NCBI RefSeq assembly: GCF_009914755.1
Contig: NC_060940.1
Length of the DNA: 64,000 nucleotides
Origin: the human T2T-CHM13v2.0 reference genome, Homo sapiens
Reading direction: 5' to 3' (one strand)
The notes under the pieces were generated by a model. That model was given only the letters and a program-made list of their open reading frames with translations, made no database searches and was not told the origin of the DNA. Of this stretch, positions 44,790 through 61,230 are shown piece by piece. Both the position numbers and the translations under genes were made by a program. How positions within the stretch are numbered: the first letter of the stretch is position 1; every line of letters begins with the position of its first letter.

Positions 44790-45950
44790 AATAGGATTTC
44801 TGGAAATAAACAATATAATCATTCACATTAAGTACTCATTAAGTACTCATTGGGCAGTTACACAGAAGATGAGACGTGGCTAAGAGAAAATGTGTATCAC
44901 AATGAAAATATGAAGACATGGAAATACTGAAAGTTAAGAAACATGAAAGAATTTTCCAGAATGATACTTATCTTTAGACTGAAGAAGCATATGGAATCAC
45001 AAGAAAAATATAAAAATAAATACACATGTAGACATATTGTAGTGAAATGGCTAAACAATATTGTGGAATCAGTTAAGTGGGAAAAGACAGATTAAAGATA
45101 TGGGAACTTAGGTTTATAAAAGAAGTCATGATCATGATCATGAAATAAGCACTGTGGGAAAGGAACAGTCAATGCAGTCTTTCATACCCAGATAAAGTAT
45201 CATACAAGAAGGAGGAAACAGGGATTTTCCGAAAAGCAAAAACTGAACAGATCACCCAGCAGTGTCAATAAATAATTTTTAAAGGAAGGCAGAAGGAAAG
45301 TGATCCCAGATGTAAGGTCGGAATGCAATAAAGTATGGAGAGAAAATGAGCAGATAAACATAGAGAAAAATCTAAGTATTTACCATAAAAACAAAAACAT
45401 TGGGGTGGGATAATGGACTCAGCTCTGTCTGCTTAATGCCATTGTGCAGAGAAGTACCCTAATGCATAAGCTTTTTAATGCTGTAAAATATAATAGCTGA
45501 AATTAAATGCCACTTTTTTCAGAGGTGAATTAACGGACAGTCTGGTGAAATTCACAAGCTTTTTGATGTATAAAACTTGATAAATGGAATGGGTCCATCA
45601 ATAGGCAAAAGTGTAGCAATGTATCTAGATGAATAGTATGTAATTTCTGCACAGGTCTCTGTTTAGTAAATACATCACTGTATACCAATCAGGAATCTTG
45701 CTCCAATAAAGGAACATAAAGATTTAAAAAACTGGCCATTTTGGGGAAATATAAAAAACAAGTAACTAAAATACTAAATGAAAATAACATAAGATGGAAG
45801 AGGGGTGAATACGGCTCAGGCGTTGTATGGTTCTTGTTTTGTTCAGAAAGAGGGTAGAAATAGCAACTGTAGATTTGATATAGGCATGAGAAACTCTGAA
45901 GATCAGCCACAAGTGTTAGAGAAACAGCAGTTAACTTCTAACTAATACCC
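44790..45950 (+). mobile_element. Highly diverged L1 ORF1/inter-ORF-like fragment, interrupted at ~45405-45731
   Basis: A-rich plus strand with L1M ORF1-like motifs (gaattttccagaa, tagacatattgtagtgaaat, ttcatacccagataaagtatca). Confidence 0.5.
45405..45731 (+). pseudogene. Probable processed (retrocopied) mRNA 3'-UTR fragment; parent gene not identified
   Basis: Non-repeat UTR-like sequence ending AATAAA (45705-45710), 15 nt, then an A-run (45726-45731), embedded in L1-like sequence. Confidence 0.5.
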
Positions 45951-46160
45951 GCAGGGGAACGATCACCACCATGGTCAGGATCTCTGGGGGAAAGTAAAGC
46001 CAGGAGAGGACCGCAGTGGGGTGTAATTGTGTTTACAGACATAACTTCTTTAGCAGGGTCCAGGTATGTTGGTACTCATTGTTCTCCAAACCCTTTCATA
46101 AGTTTGAAATATTTCTTTAAAGTAGAATTCAACAGTTTTTAGTGTAATTTTGTTTTCTAT

Positions 46161-46365
46161 AGCAGTGGTTCTCAACTGGGCTTGACTTTGCCCCTCTCCT
46201 TCCCTGTATCACCTTCTCAGAGGAGACTCTGGCCATGTCTGGGGACAGTTTTGCTCATCACTGCTGGGGGTGGTCTGCTGCCCCTTGCAGTGCACAGGCT
46301 GGCCCTCCCACCGCGAGGAGTTACCCAGTCCAAAACATCAGCAGTGCTGAGCTTGAGAAACCCTA
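46161..46365. mobile_element. MER20 hAT DNA transposon
   Basis: cagtggttctcaac...atgtctggggacagttttg...cagtgctgagcttgagaaaccct. Confidence 0.75.
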
Positions 46366-47089
46366 TCCTTTAGGATCAGAATATGTGTTTTTTCAAAAGT
46401 TAGATTTTCTCCTTTGCTATTTAAAAATAAATGGAAAAGCAGAAATAACACATGGTGACTTTGTAGCACTTTTCATGTACATAATCAGTTTCAGAAAGTA
46501 AAAATGCTTGATGAAGTCATCAGGAAAATCCCCAACTTCATAAATGGGCAGCATAATATTTTAAAGTGTTAAAAATTAATCTTTGGTTGATTGCTAAAGT
46601 AGCATGAACATAGCCACAACTATGGTGGGATGCTCTTGATTGGAGTTTCTTTATAAGATGAAGTTTCCAAGAAACAGTTAATTGCTTTCAGTTTCTCCAT
46701 CTTCAAGAAAGGGACAAAAAGGTAACTGATGAAGCTGTTTCTGTTTTCTTGCTAGTGGAACATTAGTATTCGACAGTAGTACTGTACTAAATTCTGGGGC
46801 TGCTACTGAAATGTCATTAAATCCCAACTTTACACATCTGGCACGCTGCCTAAATGCAGCTCAGTGTGTTAAAGCGTAGATTACAGTCCAACAAATCAAT
46901 GCTCTCGAATTGTGGGTTTATGTAAACCTGCAATTAAAAACAGTGTGCAATCACTTTCTTTGCCTACCTGATGAGGGGAAGAGAAGCAAGCTGTTTTTTT
47001 TCAGGGCAAAGAGGTGAGAATGCCAGCTTAAAACAGAAGCATTCCCCGGCGCATGCTTTAAGACATGGCTTTGGATAAAGGCAGTTTCT

Positions 47090-48415
<1,326 letters not shown>

Positions 48416-49211
48416 TCAGCAATAGCAGCTTCCTTCAAATTCAAAGGAAAAATTTATGCACTGATACAGTTAAAGACATAATTTTATCTTTTATAGCAGG
48501 TAGCTGTGGCTGTCAGTCAGCTATCAAAAACAATTCAGAAAGAAAAACTTTCCTGACTTGGTCTTTTAATCATTTTGGCCAAAGCAAAGCAAAAAAGAGC
48601 ATTCTCTTCCAGGAAATCTTATTTATGTATATATTTTTTATCATAATAGAAAAATCTCTGTATAGAACTGCTTTGGCTACACTTCTCATCTTGAGGGTAG
48701 AATGTGTTCTGGACACAAAAGGCTTTTCTTTCTCAGTGACACACCTGCCTTTTTGTTGTGTTTTTTTGTAAATCAGTTGTCCCAAGAATCTTCTCAATGA
48801 TAGAGTTGCAAATCAGCCATGCCTTCTAGGAAACCCAATGTTAATATTACATAATTGGAAATATGAAAGAATATAGAATCAGAATAAAAATTTTATCCTT
48901 TATTCATTTTTAGATAATTTCATCTTACTCAAAGGAGATTTGGTGACTTAAAAGGGACAGTATTCAAGAGTTAGAGTTTAATTGTAATCTGATTTACATT
49001 TCAAATACAGAATCATCAAATTTCAATATCTTTTGCTGTCCTTGAGAGAGATAATGTATTTGGTTAAGTGTTTTTATTTAAGGTAAGACTAAGATAGCTG
49101 ACAGGTGCTCATGCGGGAGGAAGACCAGTTCGCCTTATTTCAGTTCTTCAGATGCTGGCAGACTCATTAAGATGCTGAAATTTGTATTATGCCTTTTTCT
49201 TTTTCTAGCTT

Positions 49212-49680
49212 TGTATTAGTTATCTGTAACTGCATAAAAATTATCCCCACGTTTAGCACTTAAACAAACATCTTGGTTTGTCTCTCACAAGGCTGCAATC
49301 ATCTCAGGAGTTCCACTGGGGTGGATCCCCTTCCAAACTCATGTCTTGTTGGCAGGATTCAGTTGGAGGCCGTTGGAATGAGGGCCTCAGTTCCATGTTA
49401 GCTGTCGGCTGGAAAGTTCTGCTTCTTGTCACATGGGCCTTTCCAAAGAACACCTCACCTTCTGAGCAGAAAAGCATGAAAGTTAAGAGTGGGCGAGGAG
49501 ACAGAAGCCAGAGCCTTTCTGCCACCAAACCTCAGGTGTGCTCTCTCCCTTCCCCCATGTTCTACTCCTTAGAAGCAGGTTACTAAGTGCAGCTCACACC
49601 CAAGGACAGGAGGTTAAACAAGAGTGCACACCAGCGGGCAGGCTTCACTGGGAACCATCTCAGAAGCTGCCTACCACTAG
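49212..49680 (-). mobile_element. MLT1-type MaLR LTR
   Basis: tgtattagttatctgtaactgcataaaaattatcccca...ggctgcaatcatctc...catctcagaagctgcctaccac. Confidence 0.6.
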
Positions 49681-50055
49681 CTTTGTTGTTTCAGATGAAA
49701 AGCTAATGACTGAGGAAGTGACTGCCTGCACACATGGATTTGAAGGGCGCAGGGCTACACATCAGCACCAGCTGCACATTTCCTATCTGTTCCTTGTGCT
49801 CATTCTCAGAGTGGAATTTTCTTATAAGGTGTAAACACAACAGTGATAAAATAACTCAAGGGTACAGAAAGAATTCCCCTACTATTCACATAATTTTTTG
49901 GTTTGAAATTTGTGAATACTTCTCTACACCACCACTTAATAGGACCAATATTATCAATGGAAAAATAAAGCAAGATTTGGAAAGCATGGCTGAATACCTA
50001 GATTTCTGATGAAAATTCCTTTAGCAATCAACAACTACTCAAAATGTTTCAACAT

Positions 50056-50496
<441 letters not shown>

Positions 50497-51824
50497 TCAG
50501 AGGCCTAAATGGCATCAGATATTGTGGAGTATGACAAAGGTTGGAGGGTAAGAGAACTTTTAAATAACACTTGTTTCTTGATCCTAAATAACACAAAGTA
50601 AAATTGCTCTGTAACAATTTACAGAGACAGACCAGTGGTAAACCTTCTTTCTTCTTCCTCTGTGCCCTGATCTGTGCCTGATGCTTGTGAAACTCAGAGG
50701 AGTTTCTGCCTTCTTTTGCTCCCCACTCCGTGTTCACCTGTCTTGAGGTATACTCATCCATGTTTCTAAGCTGTGTTATGGCTGGTGCACTGTGCACCCC
50801 GAAAGAACAGCTTGGCTCTCCAGCCCACTCTGTGACAGTCCTCACTGCCTCTTCAGTGACCGGATGCAGCAGACTGCAACCTGCAGGCAACCTGGGACAA
50901 AACGCATTTTTTTCTTTAGTTCATCTTCACTTGAAGATTAATGAATTTGAAAACATAAAATGGTTCTAAGTGTAATAAAATAAAGTTGCCCTTATCATAA
51001 CTAGGATTATTGTATTTTGGAAGCTAGTGGATAGGAAATGCCAACTTTGCCCCGGAAGGAAATACAGATTCTGTTGGTATAAGTGATCTAAATTATTTGC
51101 CACTTCTAGACTTTAGAAATTGAGGCAAGCAAGGAAATCAGAACAAGTTTTTAATTCTAGTTCAAGAGTCAAAATTCTTTTCTATAAAATGCCAAATCTA
51201 GGATTAAGCATATTCTCATATGGCCTGGAAGTTCATCTCTAATAAAAATCTACTGCTTTTAAAAAGCTTACACTAGACAGTGCATACTAAACATGCACCC
51301 TAGTCATTAGCTTTTTAGGCTTTGGTAGTCATTAAACCAATTGCAAAAATACATTTTTAAAAAGTTAAAGTAAAGCAAATTCAGAGTTTTGAATTATTAG
51401 CAGAGGTATATAAAACATAAGTGATTTTGCAGAAAACTAAAATATCCAAGATAATCTTGTTATTTACAGTAACTCAAACTCCAATCATTCTCCAAAACTC
51501 AAGAGATATGGCACACAAATATTTAATTTCTAGAATACACGTCTCCTTTAGATTTAAAAAAGATCAAAAAAGCAAGAACACAGGAGCTCTTCCTGCCTAG
51601 TATCGAGCCTGTATACTGTTAACAAACATTGCTTAGTAAGAATTCACGGTGCCAAGGAATCATGGCAGCAAAACTGTAGAACACAATGTTACATACATTT
51701 AAAGAAAAGGGGAAATATAATGCATTGAAGAAATTACAGAATAAATTACATTTCAATTCAGAATGATTGACAAGCTTACATGGGCTGCTAAACAGAAGTG
51801 CTTGACTTTTAAAACGTACAGCTG

Positions 51825-52511
<687 letters not shown>

Positions 52512-54083
52512 CTAGATAGGTCTTTCTTGGATCTTTAAAACCACCAAAAACTCAATGATCCTTCTGGGTCTAATCAGTGTGATTCAAGGCATATTATTTT
52601 TAATGTCATATAATTCATGTCACTTGCAATAAAGTGACATGAACAATATATAGCAGACCCCATTTTGCAATAAGAGTATAATCTCCTTTGAGAATTATTC
52701 CTGAAATCACAACCAGGCTTCTCCCGTCCCCTCTCATCAGTGAACACACTCCTCAAACAGGGAAGCATTCTTCTCATCAGACATTGGCAGAACCATACAA
52801 ATGTTCAGAGGCAGACTTTCAGGAGGTTCTTTTAAAGTCTAACAATTCTATGAAACATGACAAAGACACTGACATAAGCGCTGTCGGGTTAAAGGAGTCT
52901 TTGAAATCTCTTTTGTGATGTGAAATGTGAACATTCTTTGCCTTTTGTTAAACGTTTAGATTGACACTCTCCCCACACACAAAAGGAATATCACATCTTA
53001 TTCCTACATGCTTTAGATGTTGGGATTAGTAGGTTTCCTGCAATAGATCTGTGGGCATTTGGGGGATGATGCGGTGAATTGCAGATGGAAGATAATGGTG
53101 ACAGTATTATACAGGTATACTTAATGCTGTTTCTGAATTGAAGATATTTATCCCTTCCAGATTTGCATTTTGTGTTCAACACTGGGACACTGTGTGGGGT
53201 ACCCTGCGTGACAGTTAATACTGTGTAATGAATTCCACAAGATTGCTAAATTTCATGTCTTCTGTTATTAAATTTTATGGCTTTCATTTTAGTAAGCAAT
53301 TTATAAAGTTTTCTCACTGATCTCAAAGATTAAAGGCTGTATATACAGCAATTAGCATTATTCTGGCAATAATGCCTAAGATTTATTAGTTCCATTCTTA
53401 CCTCTTCCAAAAGCATAGAGAAGTTTAATAAATAAATGAGATCTAATGCCCATCTATGATTCAATGAAGGTGTATAACATGTGACAGGCTAAGGCTGGCT
53501 TAGCTATTGATCATCTGGTTCTTTAGTTCTATCCCTGAAAATACAGACTGACCCTAAACCAATGTTCCTAGACGACATTAAGTTGTGCCTTCACTGGGTT
53601 AAGAAGCACCATTATAACCTCTGTCTCCATTTTGCATCTTTTTTACATTCTGAAGAAATGTTCCTATATACAGACCCTCATGCTGTAGTTCAAGAGGAAA
53701 TTAGCCTCTGCACATAAGTTTTTTTACTGTGAAAAGCAAAAAGTGTTTTAGCAGCCAGAAAATTCAGAACCAAACTTACTGTCTAAATGTTACTTGCTAC
53801 ATTGACTCGTATAAAACTGTGTACTTCTATTTTACTGTTATGTCTTCTTTAAAGGCTCTGTATTTTGTAGGCCTCTTCAAGACCTTATAAATAGAAATCA
53901 AATTTCAAAAACAAAAATGTAGTTACAAGTGACTATAGTTTAGCATACTGTATTATTTGCTATTATAATCTAAAGATTAAATATAGGTTTAACAGCTATT
54001 TTAAAAAATGAATAATTTTACATAGAAAATATGCTAACTTCCCTTTTATCATCATAAGATCATAGTTGTTGTTATATTAAGTA

Positions 54084-54089
54084 TTTATT
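54084..54089 (-). terminator. Candidate distal poly(A) signal AATAAA of NETO2
   Basis: Plus-strand tttatt about 1.96 kb after the stop codon. Confidence 0.4.
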
Positions 54090-55668
54090 ATGCTGTTCAA
54101 ATGTTAGCTGGTGTAAGTTACCTACTAAAATGCTTATTCAGCATAACTACTGAAAAAACTTAGCTGTCTCTGGTATTAGTTCATTGAATATTATATGCAT
54201 CAAGTCTTTTCATGTTTCCACGTTATATTTTTAAAACAAGAAACTAGGCTGACTTAAAAAAATTTAAATCATGAATACATTATGTATAGGTTTTTCTGTC
54301 TCCTAAATATTATCTACTTTTTTAAAAAACAAAAATTTTGATACAAGAAAGCACTCTGAGGCAGTATATGTGTATTAAATTTAAGGTCACAATTTTCACT
54401 AATCTGAGAAAACACATATATGTAATATTTAAAAGTTAATGAAATCCAGTGAAACTTCAACTTATTTCATTGAGAATTTACTAACAAAATATAGAAAACA
54501 AGAATTTACCTCTTTTAAATGGCATGTCTGTATTACTTACAATTTGATAAATGAGTTCCTTTCCATACATACCTTAAGATCCACAACCTTGGTGGCATAA
54601 ATAACATGATTAAAGGGTCAGGTACAATGTATATTTTAATATGGGATTTGTGTAGTGATTTAGAGCATAAATATCACACAGTGAAAAATTTATCACAAAC
54701 TAAATACAGTAACAAAAGGAAAGAAAGAGCTTATGTCCACATTTCCAAGGTCTTTACAATAAGTTATAGCGTCCAGGTCCAACACAGCATATTTGCATAC
54801 AAAGCCACTGATGTGAACACTGAAAGGAATCTGTCCTGTAGGTCTTTCATCTTGATTTAATAAAGTTTGTACAGTATCAAATAATATCAAAAGTCTAAAA
54901 AACACAATGAGCTTTTATGTTTATAAATTATTGTTTTTATACCATAAAAAAAGTCAAAAGTGCAGTTTAAAAAAAAGTGGAAGTTGTTATTCTTGATAAG
55001 AGCTAGAAAAATGTCATGTCCCAGTTAAGAAGCAATCTCAAGGCTCATCCAATTTCTAAGGAATTTTAACTGGCATCTAACCTTGGTTACCATATGCTGT
55101 AAGCAAAACCAACAGAATGGGAGCTATGTAACAATCTAGCGAAGAGAAACATTGCAAATAAATGTAATTATAGGCCTCTCCCAAAGTGAATGAAATGATT
55201 CTTTACTGGAATGAATGGGCTGTCACTGAATGTGACTATACTTGGTAAACTTCAAAGGCTTGCTAGAAATTTTTATCTTTTTCAAATTTTTAGTCATAGC
55301 TGACAATGGTACATATATCCCAGGATTATGAAATTTTCTAGTATAACTGAGAAAAATATAATTGAAAGGTAATAAATCATATCATCTATTATTTCTCACA
55401 GAAAATAAGGAATAAGGGCCCAGTAATTAAAAGGCAGAAGTACAGAGATTAGCCAAGAAGAAACAGATGGGTGAAATACAACTGGGTCTTAATTGGCACA
55501 GTAACTAGCTGTATTTTGACACACTCAAGAACAAATGCCTATACTGAAGTATGTGGTACATTAACCACTTGTACTTATGTAAGAAAATGAAATGGTAAAA
55601 CGATAGGCTTATAAAACAAATTAAATTTAGAGAAAGGAAAAATAAAAGGAATGTAAAGAAAAATCAAG

Positions 55669-55674
55669 TTTATT
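55669..55674 (-). terminator. Candidate proximal poly(A) signal AATAAA of NETO2
   Basis: Plus-strand tttatt, ~370 nt after the stop, followed on the minus strand by a U-rich tract (55665-55625). Confidence 0.5.
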
Positions 55675-56045
55675 GTGGCATCAAAATATTGACAGAGCTG
55701 TTATCAGTCAAGAGCAGTCTTCTTGTTGCTAAAACGAAGAGGCAGCCTGAGCCTGGCTCCATCCAACCACCTCTTTTAATGCTCTTTAACTGGCAGTGCT
55801 TCCTATAAATGACACCAAGCAATAGAGATGATTATTGTTTCCACTGAATAGAGTAAGTTCCTTGATTGGTTTAACATATATAGACTGCCTGAGAGAATAA
55901 AAACATCACCATACAATAGGTTAACGGTAAATCAAGGTCTTCGTAGTTGTGATGGGAGAAAAGGGTTGGCTGCTGGAAACAGTATGGTGCCCTGGAGGCT
56001 GCGTACGTACACACCCTAAGAATTCACATCACCATTAGCAGAAGA

Positions 56046-56626
56046 TTAGAAGTCAATGGATATGGATGCTTGTGCAGAATCTTCTCGCCCCCTGACATAA
56101 ATTTCACAGGGAATCTCCTCCATTACTCGGTCTTCCAGGGCCTGCTCAGGGCACTCATGTCCCTGTTTGAAAGTGTAACTACTTTTCTTGAAGGTGCTAT
56201 TAAATGTTTTCATTGGCTGTGGTTGTGCAAAGTCATTTCGGAAAGGAAGTTCCATGGAACTGAGGTTGGTCCTGCTTTGTTTGACGCTGGAGGCCTGCGA
56301 CCCACAGTGGTGGTCGTGGATGCAGCGGGAGGCGGTGGAGGAGCGCCGCATCTTCTGGTAGTTGTCCAATTCTTCCGACAAGTCTGCCAGGTCTGCAGAA
56401 ATCTCTTTGTCCCTTAGTGAAAACAGTTCATAATGAGGAGGATCAAACACTTCTTGGAACCCGGTTTTATTAAAAGCGGTTTTGCAAGCCATGACCTTTT
56501 TTCGAGGCTGTTTCACTTGTACTAAAATAGAAATAATGAGAAGGACCAAGACAATCCCTGAAGTAATGCCAATAATTGTTCCATGAGTCTTAGTGATTTG
56601 TTCAAATACTCCTGCTTTTTTCTTTT
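56046..56626 (-). CDS. NETO2: NETO2 last coding exon: juxtamembrane segment, transmembrane helix and cytoplasmic tail ending ...ASISIDF* (class II PDZ ligand)
   Basis: Minus-strand acceptor ttttctttctgcag|AAAAGAAAAAAGCAGGA (AG at 56628-56627). Frame (G|AA) [44 protein letters not shown]...[12 protein letters not shown] matches the NETO2 C-terminus as I recall it. Stop TAA at 56048-56046. Overlaps ORF-track 56046..56549. Confidence 0.97.
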
Positions 56627-57182
56627 CTGCAGAAAGAAAATGAGAAACGTTAAGTTTTCAAAATACATTAATATGAATCCTGGTACAAATTAGTAAGGTA
56701 TTTTTAGGTAAAACAGAATACTTGGGCCAAATATACTACAGACAATGCAATTTACAATTAGGTTTTTAAACAAATAAAACAACCCTATTATAATTTCTGG
56801 TTAAAGTTACCAATCGCAGTACTGATAGATTACAGAAGATAAAGTTCTTGGTCCGTTTCTTCAGAAGACACATAAATGCATACATTCTGCAAATCAAATC
56901 AAATATACAAATATAGACTATGCCAAATAAATACTCTTGTTCTATCAAGTTTAGCTTTCTGCTTTATGGTAGGTTTGACCAACTGCTGTGTTCAGGTATA
57001 CCCGCATCTACTGATGACCCCAGGGAGAGCAAACTAACATCATCAGACTAACCCATCCAGTATATTATCATGACCTACTGTTTTTGAATGATTAACTGAA
57101 AACACTTCATGTCGAGTATTTACGACAGCCATATCAGATTAGATCACCTTTCCACAGTAAGATATTTATTGAACTCTTACAG

Positions 57183-57863
57183 CAGGGGTCCTCAACCCCT
57201 GGGCCACAGACAGGAACTGGGTATCACTGCAGGAGGTGAGCTGCGAGTGAGCGAGTGAAGCTGCATCTGTATCTGCTGCTGCTCCCCATCACTCGCATTA
57301 CCCGCAGCACTGCCTCCTGTCAGATCAGCAGTGGCATTAGATTCTCACAGCAGCAGGAGCCCTATTATGGATAACAATAATGGATTATTATTAGTGTGCT
57401 TACTTCTGTTAGGAAATAAACTCCTGGCTTGGAGGCAGAAGTCCAATAGAGTAGTATTAAGTATTTCAGTGTAAAGAAACAAACAAAACATATGAAAGTC
57501 AAGAAGTGAGGCAGCTTATTATTTTCCCATTCAGTATGACAGAAGCCCAAGTGCATGTGAGGGATATAGGCTGTGAGCTCCTTAGGAGAATCTAATGCCT
57601 GATGATCTGTCACTGTCTCTCATCACCCCCAGATGGGACTGTCTAGTTGAAGGAAAACAAGCTCAGGGCTCCCACTGATTCTGCATTATGGTGAGTTGTA
57701 TGATTATTTTATTATATATTACAATGTAATAATAATAAAGTGCCCAATAAATGTAACGCGCTTAAATCATCCTGAAACCAACCCCCCTGCCCCACCCCTG
57801 TTCTGTGAAAAAATTGTCTTCCACGAAACCAGTCCTTGGTACCAAAAAGGTTGGGGACTGCTG
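57183..57863 (+). mobile_element. MER1A hAT DNA transposon carrying a foreign ~184-bp insert
   Basis: Ends caggggtcctcaacccc.../...aaaaaggttggggactgctg with 8-bp TSD tcttacag (57175-57182)/tcttagag (57864-57871). MER1A-specific internal blocks are present. Confidence 0.85.
57379..57550 (+). repeat. Direct copy of 60739-60914
   Basis: Identical apart from a 4-bp indel and one CpG transition. Confidence 0.95.
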
Positions 57864-58174
57864 TCTTAGAGGATAAAAGGAAGATTACCTTTAGTTCTTA
57901 CACAGTGATCTGACAACCAGCTTGCAGACATTCAACCATTACCACAAGCTGCATTTATCTTTCAGTGAGTACACACTGGGAATACAGCATAGGAAATGTT
58001 ACGAAATAAAAAAAGCAGTTCATAGAATGTTTCTGCTTTTATGTTTTAAGACAGAATCTGCAAGTTGACTTTTATTAAATAGTGTTTCCACATACTTCAG
58101 GCTAACCTCTAAATTATTTTGACAATTAAATAAGGTATGTTTACAATACAAATGACAAACTTCAACAACAGTAA

Positions 58175-58956
<782 letters not shown>

Positions 58957-59050
58957 CTAAGCACTGTTGTAGAAAATAACATTTTAAGTTCTTAATGAAG
59001 GGCAATAGCCACTCTTTTCTCAAAAATGTTGGCCTTTACATCAAACTCAC

Positions 59051-59164
59051 CTTTACAATGATTTTCATCCCAAGGGTATGCACAATTTTGGACACCATTA
59101 CAGACTAAAGAATTATTGATGCACATGTTGCTATGGCAAAAGAAAGTGCTGCTTGTGCAGGGAG
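59051..59164 (-). CDS. NETO2: NETO2 penultimate exon encoding the LDL-receptor class A (LDLa) module
   Basis: Acceptor ttttctcttcctgcag|CTCCC and donor AAAG|gtgagt. 114 nt, phase 1/1. Translates [37 protein letters not shown] (6-Cys LDLa pattern) and joins in frame to the exon at 56626 (K-E-K-K-K). Confidence 0.96.
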
Positions 59165-59459
59165 CTGCAGGAAGAGAAAACAGTGTTGCAAAGAGCAGGC
59201 AGACCACCTGATTTTATTTCATACATAACAAATCTGACTTTATAAGAGTACTTTCTTACCGCAAAGGCCTTTCCTTGAATAAACTCTGTACTATTCAAAC
59301 AATAAGACAAACGTCAATATTCTCTGATGCTGGCTCATTCAAACTTTTTCTTATGCTAGGCCCCAAAAGGTCACTTTTAATGTAATGATAATGAATGTAT
59401 TTTCAATGGTTCTTATGGAACCAGTATACAGTCTGGTAGATTTTTTTTTCCAAAACTTT

Positions 59460-60455
<996 letters not shown>

Positions 60456-60738
60456 TCCACTCTTCTGGATTCAAAAAAATTGTTTTAAGGACACTAAAGG
60501 TATATGGAATATATACCATGTAATTTCCTACTTGTATAAATTGTTCTTTCAGCCTGGAATGGCTCCTTCTTTCTCTTTGTGGCGGCCACCTACTCATCTT
60601 TCAGTATCATCTCAAATGTTACCATCTGTGAAAATCCCCTTGCTTCTCTGGGGTAGCCAGTCGCTCCTGTGTGTTCCTATCACACTCCACATACTCCTCT
60701 ATTTGGCACCTATCCTTGTGTATGTAAACCTTTGTTAG

Positions 60739-61230
<492 letters not shown>

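Larger units (their letters stand above)
54065..56045 (-). other. NETO2: NETO2 3' UTR (distal end uncertain; may extend to ~50.5 kb)
   Basis: AT-rich, repeat-free sequence directly after the stop codon. Minus-strand poly(A) hexamers at 55669-55674 (AATAAA), 54856-54861 (ATTAAA), 54371-54376 (AATACA), 54084-54089 (AATAAA) and 53382-53387 (AATAAA). Confidence 0.7.

Noticed and set aside
58992-59207. ORF-track 71-aa 'signal peptide + LDLa' protein
   Set aside because: The apparent hydrophobic N-terminus is the intronic polypyrimidine tract read through. Only 59051-59164 is exon.
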